Positions 47,674 to 57,428 of a stretch of DNA of 64,000 nucleotides are shown piece after piece. Every line of letters begins with the position of its first letter. The first letter of the stretch is position 1. This stretch comes from Candidatus Paceibacter sp. (GTDB lineage Bacteria; Patescibacteriota; Minisyncoccia; UBA6257; JAGOQP01). The notes beneath the pieces were generated by a model. The model was not told the origin of the DNA, did not search any database, and worked only from the letters and a program-made list of their open reading frames with translations. Both the position numbers and the translations under genes were made by a program. The DNA is taken from contig DYGB01000001.1 of assembly GCA_020724905.1 (NCBI GenBank), forward strand, positions 65,866-129,865, given 5' to 3'.

Positions 47674-49491
47674 ATGGAAACAAAAAAACAGACGCGCCGT
47701 CCAAAACGGCAACAAAGAAAGAAACCGACGTCAGATGCATCGTCTCGACGAATCGCAAAGCGCCCTGCAACACACACGGCAACATACAGGACTCTTAAAA
47801 AGAGCACGAAAGATATTGATGCAAAAAATCCTCCTCTTCGCTTTACCCCACTAGGGGGACTTGAGGAGATTGGGCAGAACATGTCCGTCTTTGAATACAA
47901 AGATGACATCTTCATCATTGATATGGGACTCTGGTTTGGAGAAGATGCTACCCCAGGAATTGACTACGTCATTCCAAACGTTGAAAGTCTTGTCCCAAAA
48001 AAGAAGAACATCAAAGGAATTATTATTACCCATGGTCACTACGACCACATTGGAGCAATTCCCCATCTTACCACCATCCTTGGAGGTGATATCCCTATCT
48101 ACGCCCCTGCACTTGCCAGAGAAATTATTAAAAAAAGACAAGAAGAATACAAAAATGCTCCAAAGCTTCAGATACATACGGTAAAAGATGGAGATACTAT
48201 ACGCATCTCTGATACCATCCACCTCAAGGTGCATGAAATCATCCATACTATTCCAGATTCTATCGCCCTTACCATCCATACCCCTGTAGGGACAATGGCA
48301 TACTGTACCGATCTTAAGATCGACTGGAAAAAAGATGGTACTCCAACAGGACTTGATGCCTATGAACGCATGGCAAAAGAAAAGATTCACACCCTCTTTC
48401 TTGAAAGTACTGCAGCAGAAAAACAAGGAACCTCTCTTCCAGAAGAAATAGCTCATGAGAATATAGAAATTCTTATGAAAGCAGCTGAGGGAAGGGTTAT
48501 TATCGGTCTGTTTGCTTCACTTCTTAACCGTGTTGCAGAAATCATTAAAATAGCAGAAAAGCTTGATAAGAAAGTTGCGCTCAGTGGCTTCTCATTAAAA
48601 ACAAACTTTAATATTGCCCAATCACTTGGATATATAAAGGTGAGAAAAGGAACAATCATTCCTCTTGAAGAGATTTCAAAATATAAAGATAATCAAATCC
48701 TTATCCTCAGCACCGGAGCTCAAGGAGAGCCTAACGCAAGTCTCATGAAAATAGCTCATGGAGAACACAGAACTGTTGAAATAAAAGCATCAGACACCAT
48801 TATCTTCTCCTCATCTATCATTCCAGGAAACGAACAAGCAATTCAAAACCTTAAAGATGACCTCACAAGACAAGGAGCACGTGTCATTCAATCACAACAC
48901 ATTGATGTACACTCAAGTGGACATGGGCCAGCAGGAGACCTTAAAAAAGTTATTGGTATTATACAACCACAATACTTTGTCCCTATCCATGGTATGTATT
49001 TCATGCGTGCTGCAAACGTTGAACTCGCAAAAGAAATGGGAGTACCAAAACAGAACAGCTTTCTCATTGATAACGGAAACATCCTTGATATGTATGCCGA
49101 TCATATTGATGTATCAGATGAAACCGTAGCATCACAATATGTCATGGTTGATGGACTCGGAGTTGGAGATGTTGAAGAGGTTGTTCTCCGAGACCGTCGT
49201 GCCCTTGCAGAAGAAGGTATGATTGTTGTTATCGCAACCATTGATAGACGTACAGGACGATTCCTCAAAAATCCAGATATCATCTCTCGAGGATTTATCT
49301 ACCTTAAAGAAAACAAAGGCCTTATCGAAGATATGAGAAAACGTGTAAAACTAGCGATTCAAAAAATCCCTCGTATCCAATCAGTAGAAACAGAGTACAT
49401 AAAAACACTTCTTCGAGAACAACTTGGACAGTTTATCTTTAATAAAACAAAGAGACGCCCTATGATTCTCCCTGTTATCATAGAAGTCTAG
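47674..49491 (+). CDS. rnj: Ribonuclease J
   Basis: PLGGLEEIGQNM, THGHYDHIG, TGAQGE, HSSGH, PIHG, KRRPMILPVIIEV. Confidence 0.96.
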   Translation: METKKQTRRPKRQQRKKPTSDASSRRIAKRPATHTATYRTLKKSTKDIDAKNPPLRFTPLGGLEEIGQNMSVFEYKDDIFIIDMGLWFGEDATPGIDYVIPNVESLVPKKKNIKGIIITHGHYDHIGAIPHLTTILGGDIPIYAPALAREIIKKRQEEYKNAPKLQIHTVKDGDTIRISDTIHLKVHEIIHTIPDSIALTIHTPVGTMAYCTDLKIDWKKDGTPTGLDAYERMAKEKIHTLFLESTAAEKQGTSLPEEIAHENIEILMKAAEGRVIIGLFASLLNRVAEIIKIAEKLDKKVALSGFSLKTNFNIAQSLGYIKVRKGTIIPLEEISKYKDNQILILSTGAQGEPNASLMKIAHGEHRTVEIKASDTIIFSSSIIPGNEQAIQNLKDDLTRQGARVIQSQHIDVHSSGHGPAGDLKKVIGIIQPQYFVPIHGMYFMRAANVELAKEMGVPKQNSFLIDNGNILDMYADHIDVSDETVASQYVMVDGLGVGDVEEVVLRDRRALAEEGMIVVIATIDRRTGRFLKNPDIISRGFIYLKENKGLIEDMRKRVKLAIQKIPRIQSVETEYIKTLLREQLGQFIFNKTKRRPMILPVIIEV

Positions 49492-50615
49492 AAGAAAAGT
49501 GTCATATAGACGGTATAAACAATCGCCATACAAAGAACAAGAAAAATAATCACAAGAACGGATGGGTCCACATTTCCCAATACCGATACCTCTTGTGGTT
49601 TTTTCTTTCGCATCGCAATCCACATCAATACAATTGATGACCATTCGATAGCAAGAAACAAACCCCCTACAATACTCACTAACATAAGGAAATTATCAAA
49701 CCCCACAAACACAAATACGATAGGGACAAGTGAAACAATACCCCCAGCAACAAGACGAGGAAGCCCTACATCTTGTCGAAATGATCGAAACAGATCAGAT
49801 CCATTTGAAATAAATGAACTCCACAGAGCAAAAATCCCAAGCACTCCCATAATAATCTGGACATTCCATGGTAACTTCACCAGCCCACTCACTCCATCTT
49901 GAGTAATAACATCACTCATACTCACCACTCCAATAACAAATACGAAGTAAAGTGCAAGTGAGATAAATACACCACTGGAAACAGCCCACCGAATTTGTTT
50001 CTTCTCTCCTTTTAAAAATAACACTACATCAGGAATCACTGCACGACCCCCCAAAGAAAACAGAAATGCCCCAATAGGAAGAACAAACAAAAAGGGAGAG
50101 AAAGGAGAAAGAGACAAAGAAAATTCTTCAAGGTGAGAAAGACCAAATCCAAGAATCATCACAATCACAATCCCTATCCCCATCGTGGCAAAAAACTCTA
50201 ACTGTGCCTCATTTTTTATACGCAAAAAGATAGCCCAAAAAGAAAGTAACCAAAAAACCAATGCAAGAATCAAAAACGGTGTATCAGCAAAAAATAGTTT
50301 CAAAAAACTTACCGAAAGAACAATATAGGTAGTCAGCACAAACAGTGTCCCTAGCCCATTCACAAATAACAAACTAAAGAAACCTTTCTTTCCAAAGTAG
50401 TATCGAGCAAGGCCCATAATACGATGCTCACTATGATCATCTAACACAAGATCCGCATACATAAGGAATATACATACCGCAATAAGAGAAACTACAAGAC
50501 CAAATAACACTCCTCCTATAATACCTGCCTGAGAAAACACAAATGGAAGAGAAAAAATTCCCGCCCCAATAATGGTCCCTACCAATAATGATGTTGCTAA
50601 AATAAACTGTTTCAT
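49488..50615 (-). CDS. Aromatic amino acid permease family transporter
   Basis: LVGTIIGAGIFSLPF; about 11 TMs. Confidence 0.82.
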   Translation of the reverse strand: MKQFILATSLLVGTIIGAGIFSLPFVFSQAGIIGGVLFGLVVSLIAVCIFLMYADLVLDDHSEHRIMGLARYYFGKKGFFSLLFVNGLGTLFVLTTYIVLSVSFLKLFFADTPFLILALVFWLLSFWAIFLRIKNEAQLEFFATMGIGIVIVMILGFGLSHLEEFSLSLSPFSPFLFVLPIGAFLFSLGGRAVIPDVVLFLKGEKKQIRWAVSSGVFISLALYFVFVIGVVSMSDVITQDGVSGLVKLPWNVQIIMGVLGIFALWSSFISNGSDLFRSFRQDVGLPRLVAGGIVSLVPIVFVFVGFDNFLMLVSIVGGLFLAIEWSSIVLMWIAMRKKKPQEVSVLGNVDPSVLVIIFLVLCMAIVYTVYMTLFF

Positions 50616-50618
50616 ATG

Positions 50619-51971
50619 CTACACATGATATGTCTTTCCTGCCTCTCCAACGACTGCATCAAGAGAGAGTTCTTCTGTGATTCGTGTGGCTAACGCCTCA
50701 CTCTGAGCTACCTCTCCCTGTACTACAACAACAAGGCGAGTCCGCTCCCCCAGTGCTTTGACCCACTCAAGAAGTAATGGTTGGTCAGCATGAGCAGAAT
50801 ACCCTGAGATAAAACGCCTCTGAGCAGCAACACGAATCTTTCGTCTCTGTAGGGTAATTTCCTCAATACCATCAAGAAGTGCTCGCCCAAGTGTTCCTGG
50901 AGACTGAAATCCAATAAAAAGAAGGATGGTATCAGGTTTGTCCAGATAAGTATGGTAATGAGAACGAATACGTCCACCATCAGACATACCAGCTCCTGCA
51001 ATAATAATTTTTGGACCCGTTACTCGCGCTATCTCTGATGACTCTTCAGCAGAACGAACAAGGGTAAGTTCAGAAAACCGAAACACCTCAGGATCAATCC
51101 TCAACATGTCTTTTACCTCAGGACTAAAGAATGCAGGATCGTGAACATATGTTTCATAGACAGCGGTAATACTAATAGCAAGTGGGCTATCAACAAACAC
51201 AGGGACAGAAGGAACCTCTTTTCTTTCAAAAAATCCATTTAATTCAAATAAAATATCTTGTGTTCTTTCAAATGCAAAGGAGGGAATAAGAAGTGTTCCT
51301 TTTCGATGAATCGTATCAAGTACCGCCTGTTTTAAAAGACTCCCTCGCACCTCAACACTTTCATGGATACGTCCTCCATACGCAGATTCAACAAATGCTC
51401 CATCAACATCAGATACATATTCAGTTTTCTTCAAAAGGACTGATGGTTGATTCCCCAGATCTCCAGAGAACGCAACTGCTTTCCCATCTCCACTGTCTTC
51501 TATGCGAAGAGACGCAGACCCCAATACATGTCCTGCATTATAAAATGAGACACGAAGTGATCCAACTAAAAGAGGATCATGGTATGAAACTCCTTTCCAC
51601 TGGGACAGTGCCTTTTTTACAGCATCTTCTCGATATAGTGCTTTTCCTCTCCCTTCTTTTTCTTCATAGGACATTACCTTTACCATATCTGAAAGAAGTA
51701 GTGCCCCAACATCTTTGCTCGGTTTAGTTGAGTAAATAGGTCCCTCAAATCCTCTTTCACATAACAGAGGAATCAGTCCACTATGATCAATATGTGCATG
51801 TGTCAAAAAAACAGCCTTAATATCTTTGGGGGTATAGGGAAATACTACCTCATCAACATCTCCTTCTTGAAAAAATCCACACTCAACAAGGTATAGATCT
51901 CCCGCACTATCCTTTAAAAGATACTGTGCACCCGTCACATGACCTCCTCCCCCAATACATGTAATATCCAT
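50619..51971 (-). CDS. MBL-fold beta-CASP metallo-hydrolase (RNA-processing exonuclease family)
   Basis: THAHIDHSG, AGHVLGS, FSGDLG, ESAYG, GAGMSDGGR, YSAHAD. Confidence 0.9.
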   Translation of the reverse strand: MDITCIGGGGHVTGAQYLLKDSAGDLYLVECGFFQEGDVDEVVFPYTPKDIKAVFLTHAHIDHSGLIPLLCERGFEGPIYSTKPSKDVGALLLSDMVKVMSYEEKEGRGKALYREDAVKKALSQWKGVSYHDPLLVGSLRVSFYNAGHVLGSASLRIEDSGDGKAVAFSGDLGNQPSVLLKKTEYVSDVDGAFVESAYGGRIHESVEVRGSLLKQAVLDTIHRKGTLLIPSFAFERTQDILFELNGFFERKEVPSVPVFVDSPLAISITAVYETYVHDPAFFSPEVKDMLRIDPEVFRFSELTLVRSAEESSEIARVTGPKIIIAGAGMSDGGRIRSHYHTYLDKPDTILLFIGFQSPGTLGRALLDGIEEITLQRRKIRVAAQRRFISGYSAHADQPLLLEWVKALGERTRLVVVVQGEVAQSEALATRITEELSLDAVVGEAGKTYHV

Positions 51972-51982
51972 AACAAAACAGA

Positions 51983-53176
51983 TTAGTTATTTTCTTCACA
52001 CACACGACTCAATACCTCAGCATCAGACCAGGGAATGACCTTCCCTCCAGCGACATGAATACTATTTTCTGATCCTTTCCCACTACATACAATACAGTCT
52101 CCCTCCTTGGCATATAATCGTGCTTTGATAATAGCAGCTTCTCTTTCTTCAATAATTTCTGCAGTATTTGCTTCTTTGTGATGGTTAGAAATCCCCTCAT
52201 AAACAGCTTCCATAATGGCACGAGGATCTTCATCATACGGGTCTTCATTGGTAACAATAATACGATCACAGTATTCACTTGCAGCTGCACCAAGATGTGG
52301 TCGCTTCCATTTGTCTCTTCCTCCACCCGCAGATCCAAGAACACAGATTAAAGATCCCTTCGTATCTGATGCAAGATGAGAAAGAACAGCGCGCAAAGAA
52401 TCTGGAGTATGTGCATAGTCAACCACTCCCCTCACAGGACTCTCACATACAACCTGCATACGCCCCTCAAGCCCCTTAAAGCTCGATACCGCCTCTTGTA
52501 TCGTCACGTCCTCAACTCCCTCATGAAGAGCGATACGACGAGCACAGGCAATATTTATCTGATTAAAGTCCCCTAAAAGAGAAGGAGGGGCCACAAGACC
52601 ATCCATCTGAGAAAATAGTATCACCTCATGCTTCCCCGCAGCATTCACAAAGGAATCAGCATGCGCATCATCAGCGCGTACAAAAAACGTTGCACTGGTA
52701 TGTGCTTGAGCATATGAAAAGAATGAAACCTTTGCTGCCATATATGCTTCAAATGATCCATGAGCCTCAATATGTTCTGGATGAATCCCTAAAAAAGCAA
52801 CATCATTCCAATCAATCCACTGATGTCGAAATTGAGCAACTCCCTGAGAAGTCACCTCAACAAGAGCAATGTCACATCCTTTCTTAATAGCTTTTCGTAA
52901 AAATCGTTGTAAAAAAAATCGTCCTGGCATAGAATTGCCTGTCATGTTTCGTTCTCGTTCTTTCCCCATCCAGACTGATGTTGAAGACACGAGAGCTGGT
53001 CTGTGCCCTGCATACTCAAAGATATGAAAGAGAAGGGCTAGTGTTGTTGATTTCCCCTTTGTTCCTGTAACACCAATGACACGAATACGATGAGATGGAA
53101 AACGATACAGTATCGCTCCTAGTAACGGAAGGAGTCGATGATATAACGATAGGAAAAATGATACAAACTTTCTCAT
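51983..53176 (-). CDS. murE: UDP-N-acetylmuramyl-tripeptide synthetase (MurE-like Mur ligase)
   Basis: GVTGTKGKST, EVTSQG, EHIEAHG, DYAHTPDS, GGGRDKWKRP, EDPYDEDP. Confidence 0.88.
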   Translation of the reverse strand: MRKFVSFFLSLYHRLLPLLGAILYRFPSHRIRVIGVTGTKGKSTTLALLFHIFEYAGHRPALVSSTSVWMGKERERNMTGNSMPGRFFLQRFLRKAIKKGCDIALVEVTSQGVAQFRHQWIDWNDVAFLGIHPEHIEAHGSFEAYMAAKVSFFSYAQAHTSATFFVRADDAHADSFVNAAGKHEVILFSQMDGLVAPPSLLGDFNQINIACARRIALHEGVEDVTIQEAVSSFKGLEGRMQVVCESPVRGVVDYAHTPDSLRAVLSHLASDTKGSLICVLGSAGGGRDKWKRPHLGAAASEYCDRIIVTNEDPYDEDPRAIMEAVYEGISNHHKEANTAEIIEEREAAIIKARLYAKEGDCIVCSGKGSENSIHVAGGKVIPWSDAEVLSRVCEENN

Positions 53177-53748
53177 AAGCGTTTTTCTTGTGCAAGTAGT
53201 TTTAATGCTTCCTTAACTCGTTTTTCAAATGATCCACTGTGTGTTATCTGTTTTGAACAAATATGTCGTACCTGAGTAGTATCATACCCCAGTCCAATTA
53301 ATACATCTTCAAGTTCCATCTGAGATGCTACCTGTGTATTTGAAGAAATCTCCTTGCCACGCAATTTCTCTGACAATTCAATAATGATCTTTGACGCAGT
53401 CTTGCTTCCTACCCCTGCACGTTTTGAAAGTCCCTGGGCATCACGAAGTAAAATAAGACCTGCAATATCATCAACAGACACACGGGAAAGAATTTTCATT
53501 GCCATTTTAGGACCAATACCAGGTACGGTCCGTAGTAAATCAAAAAGTGAGCGCTCCTGAAGTGTTTTAAATCCGAACAGTGAGGTAAAGTCAGCCCCAA
53601 CAACACAAAAAGCTTTTAGCTTTTTTCCTTCTTGAGCAGATGACAATAGTGAGGGAGTCCCAACAATATAAAACCCTATTCCTCCCGCCTCTATCACACA
53701 TCCATCACTATCAATATGAGACACAATACCTTCCAGGGAATAGATCAT
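53173..53748 (-). CDS. ruvA: Holliday junction branch migration protein RuvA
   Basis: MIYSLEG, GGIGF, LFGF, VPGIGPKMA, GVGSKTASKIIIEL, LIGLGY. Confidence 0.92.
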   Translation of the reverse strand: MIYSLEGIVSHIDSDGCVIEAGGIGFYIVGTPSLLSSAQEGKKLKAFCVVGADFTSLFGFKTLQERSLFDLLRTVPGIGPKMAMKILSRVSVDDIAGLILLRDAQGLSKRAGVGSKTASKIIIELSEKLRGKEISSNTQVASQMELEDVLIGLGYDTTQVRHICSKQITHSGSFEKRVKEALKLLAQEKRL

Positions 53749-53838
53749 ATACACAGTATACGAGAAAAACGAGGTAAAAAAAAGAAGCATACATTAAATT
53801 GACTTTCATACCTCTATTTGATATGCTGAGCCGGATAT

Positions 53839-54114
53839 ATGCCAAATACAACATCAGCAAAGAAAGCTCTCCGCCAAACTACAAAAAGGAGAGAACAGAA
53901 TAAACAACGAAAAACAGCATTAAAAAAGGCGGTAAAGACATTTCGCAAACTTGCATCTGAACAGAAAAAAGATGAAGCACAAAAAGCACTTGCCACTGTA
54001 TATAAGACTGCTGATAAAGTTGCGAAAACAAACGTTATCAAAAAAAATAGTGCTGCCCGAATAAAATCACGATCAGCACAAGTATTTAAAAAGTCTTTTA
54101 GTGCTGAGAAATAA
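53839..54114 (+). CDS. rpsT: 30S ribosomal protein S20
   Basis: MPNTTSAKKALRQ...KKNSAARIKSR. Confidence 0.96.
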   Translation: MPNTTSAKKALRQTTKRREQNKQRKTALKKAVKTFRKLASEQKKDEAQKALATVYKTADKVAKTNVIKKNSAARIKSRSAQVFKKSFSAEK

Positions 54115-54898
54115 CGTAAGAAAGGAACAGTAAATCAAGATCTTCTCCCTGTTTCATACGGGTATCGATAATAGAAAGTCGTTCAATGAGCGACTTTTTT
54201 GATGCGACAGCACTCATGTAATAAAAGAGTGCTTCTGTACCAATTCCTTGAAATAATAGCGCCTCAAATAGTGAAAGTCTTCCAGAAAGAGATCCTCCTA
54301 GAAGTGCGCGGGATCCTTCAAAAAGTGTCTTTTCTTCTTTGTGTTCAGGAAGCGCAAGAATATCAGAAGCACTCACTGAACGCCCTAAAAAAGAAAGACG
54401 ATCTATCTCATGAGAAAGAAGTGCAACATTATCTCCATAGAGTGAATGAAGAAGAACAAGTGCTTTTTTCTCAATCAAAAGACCCTTCTGTTTTGAACGC
54501 AAGGAAAGATACGAAATAAGATCACCTCCTTTCAGTGGTCCAAAATACTGTTTCTTCGTAATATAGGCACTAAGCTTCTTCTCATGCTTCTTGTACTCCT
54601 TTTCAGTCCATGAGCTTAACATGAGCGCAACACATTCCTTGTCCATTGATGCTCTTTGAATGAGTAGTACCATATCATCTATAGAAAATTCCTCTGCTTG
54701 TTTGATAAGAGCAAGTCGTTTTCCTCCAGAAAAAAGTGTCCGTGAAGAAAGAAAATCAATCGCCTCTGCCATAGCTCCCTCATCAGCTCCAGAAAATATC
54801 CCTATCTCTACCCCTCCTTTCTTTTGAACATCCCTTAAAAGAGCGTGTGACTGCTCTCTCTTTCTAAATGCCTCGGGACCATAGAAAAAATACACCAT
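54098..54898 (-). CDS. holA: DNA polymerase III delta subunit-like protein
   Basis: MVYFFYGPEAF, TLFSGGKRL, EIDRL; adjacent to rpsT. Confidence 0.75.
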   Translation of the reverse strand: MVYFFYGPEAFRKREQSHALLRDVQKKGGVEIGIFSGADEGAMAEAIDFLSSRTLFSGGKRLALIKQAEEFSIDDMVLLIQRASMDKECVALMLSSWTEKEYKKHEKKLSAYITKKQYFGPLKGGDLISYLSLRSKQKGLLIEKKALVLLHSLYGDNVALLSHEIDRLSFLGRSVSASDILALPEHKEEKTLFEGSRALLGGSLSGRLSLFEALLFQGIGTEALFYYMSAVASKKSLIERLSIIDTRMKQGEDLDLLFLSYVISQH

Positions 54899-54900
54899 AA

Positions 54901-56373
54901 TTAATCACGTTTTGGAAATAAGACTCCCTGTGAAACAACGCTCACCCCCTTCTTTTGTATGCGGATACTCTTTTGAATACGCTCTGCAGTATCAGGAAGA
55001 AATGGCTCTAAAAAGACAGCAATACTCTGCAATAAGATAACTAAAGAAAAGAGTGTTTTTGTATTCTCAATATCAGGATTTTCTAAAGACCATGGTTTCT
55101 TCTCAGCAATATAGGTATTACCTAGCCCAATAAGATCCCATACAACACCAACAGCACTATTAAACCGGAATGACTCCATTGCTTCATCAAGATCCTCTCG
55201 AGCTGTCTTTATCTTCTGCTCTATAAACAAATCCATAAGGTGATAATCGTGAGGAAGTATTGCTTCTCGCTTTGAAAGCAACCCACATACACGCGCATAT
55301 AAATTTCCAAGTCCATGTGCTAAATCAGCATTGTATCGTTCTTCAAATCGATGTGCTGAAAAATCACCATCCTCAAACGGAGATACTTCACGAAGAAGGT
55401 AGTAGCGAAGAGGATCAATCCCATAGGCAGAAACAAGTGCGTCAGGATACAATACATTCCCAACAGATTTAGACATCTTCTCCCCTTCAGCAGTAATAAA
55501 CCCATGTACAAAGAGTTTTTTAGGGAGCTCAAGCCCTGCTGATAATAACATTGCAGGCCAAATAGCAGCATGGAATCGAAGCACATCTTTCCCCAGTACT
55601 TGTACATCAGCAGGCCACCACTTCTCAAATGTCTTCTTGTCCCTCCCATACCCAATAGCTGAAATATAGTTTGTGAGAGCATCAGCCCACACATACATTG
55701 TCTGCGTTTCATCCCCAGGAACAGGAATTCCCCAAGAAAGTTTCTCACGTGACCGAGAGAAACTGATATCATCAAGTCCCTGTTCAATAAATGAAAGAAT
55801 TTCTTTTTCACGAATAGCAGGAACAATATGAAGTTCTCTACTCTGAATCTTTTGTTTTAACTGTTTTGTATATGAAGAAAGTCGAAAGAAATAATTTTCT
55901 TCCTCAATGAGCTCTGGTTCTTTTTTATGAATAGGACAGTGGCCTTGCTCTAAATCTTTAGGACTCAAAAATGCTTCACACCCAGAACAATAGAGTCCTC
56001 GGTATACTTTCTTGTATATATCCCCACTCTCCATCATTCTCTTCCACAGAGCGATAGCTCCTGGATAATGTTTTTTCTTGTCAGTGGTACGAATAAACTC
56101 ATCAAAAGAGATATTAAGAACCTTTTTTAAATCTTTAAAGACCCGACTATTCTGCGTTGCAAACTGTAGAGGAGTAAGAGAATGCTGGGCAGCACTCCGT
56201 AATACCTTGGTTCCATGCTCATCAGTCCCGGTAAGGAATAAGACATCTTTCCCTTTAAGACGTTGATACCGTGCAATCGCATCAGATTGCACTGCTTCAA
56301 GACCAAATCCAATATGTGGAACACTATTCACATATGGAAGTGTTGTTGTGATATAAAATGATTCTTTCTTCAT
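54901..56373 (-). CDS. metG: Methionine--tRNA ligase (short form)
   Basis: PYVNSVPHIG, GTDEHG, YVWADAL, GKDVLRFH, KMSKS. Confidence 0.96.
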   Translation of the reverse strand: MKKESFYITTTLPYVNSVPHIGFGLEAVQSDAIARYQRLKGKDVLFLTGTDEHGTKVLRSAAQHSLTPLQFATQNSRVFKDLKKVLNISFDEFIRTTDKKKHYPGAIALWKRMMESGDIYKKVYRGLYCSGCEAFLSPKDLEQGHCPIHKKEPELIEEENYFFRLSSYTKQLKQKIQSRELHIVPAIREKEILSFIEQGLDDISFSRSREKLSWGIPVPGDETQTMYVWADALTNYISAIGYGRDKKTFEKWWPADVQVLGKDVLRFHAAIWPAMLLSAGLELPKKLFVHGFITAEGEKMSKSVGNVLYPDALVSAYGIDPLRYYLLREVSPFEDGDFSAHRFEERYNADLAHGLGNLYARVCGLLSKREAILPHDYHLMDLFIEQKIKTAREDLDEAMESFRFNSAVGVVWDLIGLGNTYIAEKKPWSLENPDIENTKTLFSLVILLQSIAVFLEPFLPDTAERIQKSIRIQKKGVSVVSQGVLFPKRD

Positions 56374-57392
56374 ACTTCAGTAGCGGGTTCGATAGGGGGA
56401 TCCTTTTTAAATGACCACCCATCGATAAGTTCTTGTATAATAATAGCTGCAGGAATAGCCAAGATTGCTCCAATAAATCCACCAACTTGAGATCCGGCCA
56501 AAATAGCAATCACAACAAGTACCGGATCAAATCCAACTGCTTTTCCAACAATAAGAGGGACTAAAAGATGATTTTCAATCTGTTGAATTGCAAAGAAGAT
56601 AAGTACTGCAATAAATGCAAGTGTCACTGACTGGGGGAGGATAACAATAAAACTGATAACGCCAACAGCGATAGGTCCAACATAGGGAATAATTTCAAAA
56701 AGCGCAGCAAGAAGAGCGAGTACAAGTGCGTATTCAACTCCTAAGATAACAAGCCCTACAAACGTAAGCGCCCCCACAAAGAAACTCACAATAATCTGAC
56801 TGGTAAACCATCGTCCAATCTTCCTTCTCATGCGATCAAAAAGTGCAATAACATCATTCTCTTTTTTAAGAGGAGTAAGAGAGCGTAAGAATCGCTCAAT
56901 AGACCCTTTACTGACCGTCATATAAAATGAGAGCACCACCGTGACAAACACGGAAAAAAGATTTCCTGCTACTGAGGAAAGAAATGAAAGCGTCCCAGAT
57001 CCTCCAGAAAAAAGTGTATTAATCCATCCACTTACCCCCTGATCAAGATCACTGACTAACTGTGAAAGCCCCAGGTCCTCAAGGAAGGGAAGCTCAATAT
57101 CGCTCAAGTGTCCAAAGAAATATTTTAACTGTATTAATACGACAGGTACGAGTGTGTATAGGACAAGTCCTATCACCGCAGCACCAAGAAGGAAAATAAT
57201 CAACACACTTAAAATACGAGGAATATTCTTACTCTCAAGATAGGTGACAGGAACATGAAGCGCAGAAGAAATAATGACAGCAAAAAAAACAATAACCAGA
57301 ACTTCTGATATATAAAAAAGAGTCACCGCCAAAAGAATCACGCCGATGATACGAAAAAGCGATATCCATGTAATATCAATACTCTGCCTCAT
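56370..57392 (-). CDS. AI-2E family transporter
   Basis: Multi-TM; IPYVGP, QQIENHLLVP, GFIGAILAIP. Confidence 0.9.
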   Translation of the reverse strand: MRQSIDITWISLFRIIGVILLAVTLFYISEVLVIVFFAVIISSALHVPVTYLESKNIPRILSVLIIFLLGAAVIGLVLYTLVPVVLIQLKYFFGHLSDIELPFLEDLGLSQLVSDLDQGVSGWINTLFSGGSGTLSFLSSVAGNLFSVFVTVVLSFYMTVSKGSIERFLRSLTPLKKENDVIALFDRMRRKIGRWFTSQIIVSFFVGALTFVGLVILGVEYALVLALLAALFEIIPYVGPIAVGVISFIVILPQSVTLAFIAVLIFFAIQQIENHLLVPLIVGKAVGFDPVLVVIAILAGSQVGGFIGAILAIPAAIIIQELIDGWSFKKDPPIEPATEV

Positions 57393-57428
57393 ACAGGTAT
57401 CATACTACACCACAAAAAAATACGAAAG